Source of the DNA: Thermofilum pendens Hrk 5
Lineage (GTDB): Archaea; Thermoproteota; Thermoprotei; Thermofilales; Thermofilaceae
Assembly (NCBI RefSeq): GCF_000015225.1
Contig: NC_008698.1
Location: 1,290,001 to 1,322,000 of the forward strand
Length of the DNA: 32,000 nucleotides
Reading direction: 5' to 3'
Below the pieces are notes generated by a model. The model saw only the letters and a list, made by a program, of their open reading frames with translations. It made no database searches and had not been told where the DNA came from. Below are positions 30,555 through 32,000 of the stretch, one piece after another. Numbering within the stretch: the stretch's first letter is position 1; the number at the start of each line of letters is the position of its first letter. The translations under genes were made by a program, and so were the position numbers.

Positions 30555-31559
30555 CTACCCGAAGAGCGTCTTCTCCACTTCTCCTGCTATCTCGTCCACC
30601 TTGCCCAGCAGAGCTTCGACGCTAGCTAGGTCCGCTAGCTTCCTGTACTCGGGCTTCTCCGCGCCGAAGGTCTTCATTACCTCCACCGAGATGTCCTTGA
30701 ACTTCACCCTGCCGTACCCCCTGCTACCGGAGGCGCCCAGGTACGTCTCCTCCACCAGCCTGAGCCCCTTGGCGACTAGCTCGAGGTTCCTCTTCACGTA
30801 CCCCTTGTCGATGTCGAAAACGAGTAGCCTCAACGCTCCCTGGAACACCACCCCCGGCTTGACGCGGGCAACCTGCCTCGGGTCAGCCGCGGAGGTTATC
30901 CTGTCGATCCTGTTCTCGCCTTTCTCTTCGAGGAAGTCCGAGATCGCCAGGATCCTCCTGCCGTTCTCGCTGAGCACGCCAACGTAGTCCTTGTCCGGGG
31001 TCATGTCGTCGACCAGCAGCCTCGTTAGCGCAAGGTTCAGCGCCAGGCTTCGGGCAACCTTCCCCGCCTCTTCGTAGTCGGCGTCATCGGGTTCCTCTTT
31101 GCCCTGCTTCGAAGCTAAGTCTCTGGCAAGCATTTCGACGAGCTGGTCGAAGCCCACGGCGGGAGATCCAAATACTTCGTCTACTTCGCACCTACCGCTT
31201 ATGTCCCGAATTAGCTCGTCTGTGGACATCGGATGAGCACGGGTACCCCAGAGGATTCTCGCATGGAGCCATATCCTCTCGTCCGAGGTGTAAAGGCGCT
31301 TGCCGAGCGAGAGCTCCAAGAGCCCGCGCATCCTCCCCTTCAGGCTGGAGCCGGGGACCAGCGGAACCTCCACTTCGACTTCCGCGCCGCCGAGGCTGTA
31401 CTTGCGCTTGGTCACGATCGGGTAGAGGTCTGCGCCCCCGATCCTGTATACCTGGGCGTGGACGGGCATCCTGATCAGGAGGCCCGTGACTGTCTCCATC
31501 TTCAAGCCTAGCCTGACTATGCCCCGTAGCTCCCTTTGAAGCGCGGACATGGCTATCAC
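30555..31559 (-). CDS. csm3: Csm3-like (Cas7-family) backbone RNase subunit
   Basis: 334-aa ORF whose GTG start overlaps the csm2 TGA (GTGA). YRIGGADLYPIV..., PLVPGSSLKGRMRGLLE and the C-terminal YLGASGSRGYGRVKF are Csm3 signatures. It is longer than the classical ~220-aa Csm3. Confidence 0.8.
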   Translation of the reverse strand: MIAMSALQRELRGIVRLGLKMETVTGLLIRMPVHAQVYRIGGADLYPIVTKRKYSLGGAEVEVEVPLVPGSSLKGRMRGLLELSLGKRLYTSDERIWLHARILWGTRAHPMSTDELIRDISGRCEVDEVFGSPAVGFDQLVEMLARDLASKQGKEEPDDADYEEAGKVARSLALNLALTRLLVDDMTPDKDYVGVLSENGRRILAISDFLEEKGENRIDRITSAADPRQVARVKPGVVFQGALRLLVFDIDKGYVKRNLELVAKGLRLVEETYLGASGSRGYGRVKFKDISVEVMKTFGAEKPEYRKLADLASVEALLGKVDEIAGEVEKTLFG

Positions 31560-31975
31560 CTCTCGTATTTGTAGACTAGCACGGCGAGAGCATCGAGGAT
31601 CGCGCGCCCGCGCTCTGCGACTTCGATGAGATCTCCTCTGTTGTTAAGCCTGCTAGCCACGCTGTCTAGGACTCTCATTACGACCTGGTATATCCCGTCG
31701 CTTATCTGCTTCCTGGCCCACTGGTAACTTACGATGGTCTTCGCGCGTGCCAGCTCGAGCGAGGCCCTAGCTGTACTTGGAGTGCTTCTCGTTAGGTAGT
31801 CGAGAACAGTGCCCACCACCTCGTGGATCCTCCTATAGGCAGTGGTGGTAGTTTTACCGACGAGTTCCTGCGAGGCGAGAATGGCGTCAACCGCTTCGAG
31901 AACCTTTCCGGCGTTCAGGGCGTCGGTTATCAGTTTATCGAGGTTGCGCGGGAGGTGCGAATACTTCTTCGACAC
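31556..31975 (-). CDS. csm2: Csm2-like small subunit (Cas11)
   Basis: 139-aa helical ORF with a GTG start and AT-rich DNA upstream to the window edge. GKTTTTAYRRIHEVV, AKTIVSYQWARKQ and LDALAVLVYKYER resemble the three conserved Csm2 blocks. It is the first gene of the operon within the window. Confidence 0.55.
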   Translation of the reverse strand: MSKKYSHLPRNLDKLITDALNAGKVLEAVDAILASQELVGKTTTTAYRRIHEVVGTVLDYLTRSTPSTARASLELARAKTIVSYQWARKQISDGIYQVVMRVLDSVASRLNNRGDLIEVAERGRAILDALAVLVYKYER

Positions 31976-32000
31976 GAAATATTTTTCATTAACATGTATA

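Noticed and set aside
1-32000. Search by eye for tRNA/rRNA genes, transposases or IS terminal inverted repeats, integrases and cas1/cas2/cas4
   Set aside because: None was recognised. No ORF translation shows DDE, tyrosine-recombinase or Cas1/Cas2/Cas4 motifs, and no cloverleaf-like GC-rich ~75-nt segment was seen in the intergenic regions. The absence is based on visual inspection only.

Overview
This is a high-GC archaeal window with crenarchaeote-like features. TATA-like boxes sit about 25 nt upstream of ATG/GTG/TTG starts (leaderless style), and many genes overlap by 4-16 nt. All family names below come from motif-level reading of the ORF translations; no homology search was possible.

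About two thirds of the window is one composite CRISPR-Cas supercluster:
- Left arm (0.2-7.3 kb): a Csx1-type CARF-HEPN gene (DxTHG and RNxxxH motifs), a second CARF gene and unknown genes. Three VapBC-like toxin-antitoxin loci in different states of decay and a low-GC island carrying an archaeal-type ATPase are interspersed.
- Type I-A interference operon (minus strand, 22103-16294): csa5-cas7-cas5-cas8a-cas3'-cas3''. csa3 precedes it, and an Lhr-type SF2 helicase follows with no gap (TTGA start/stop overlap).
- cas6, an AT-rich leader, and a 6-repeat CRISPR array (25223-25592). The repeat is 25 bp and ends in ATTGAAAG.
- Type III Csm-like operon (minus strand, 31975-25699): csm2-csm3-csm4-csm5-cas10. 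Cas10 sits last and has no HD domain.
- No cas1, cas2 or cas4 is present in the window.

The region 7.3-13.7 kb looks like ordinary cargo: an RHH protein, a DUF917-like gene, a heavily sequon-decorated secreted protein, a TIM-barrel isomerase, an M20 amidohydrolase and a CPBP protease.

The strongest candidate for something undescribed is a pair of paralogous proteins with a coiled-coil stalk and a PD-(D/E)xK-like C-terminal domain (4446-5411 and 23241-23969). They bracket the cas genes and share N- and C-terminal modules. Their stalks, however, are built from unrelated tandem repeats: a 14-residue unit with a recurring His (ARLEAAVAKHDExI) versus a 7-residue Trp unit (WEENxKR). One copy sits directly behind a CARF gene.

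Other leads:
- the helicase coupled to the I-A operon;
- phased direct repeats in the csa5 promoter;
- a repeated AAT(T)CCC motif in the CRISPR leader;
- a possible C/D-box sRNA in the csa3 upstream spacer.
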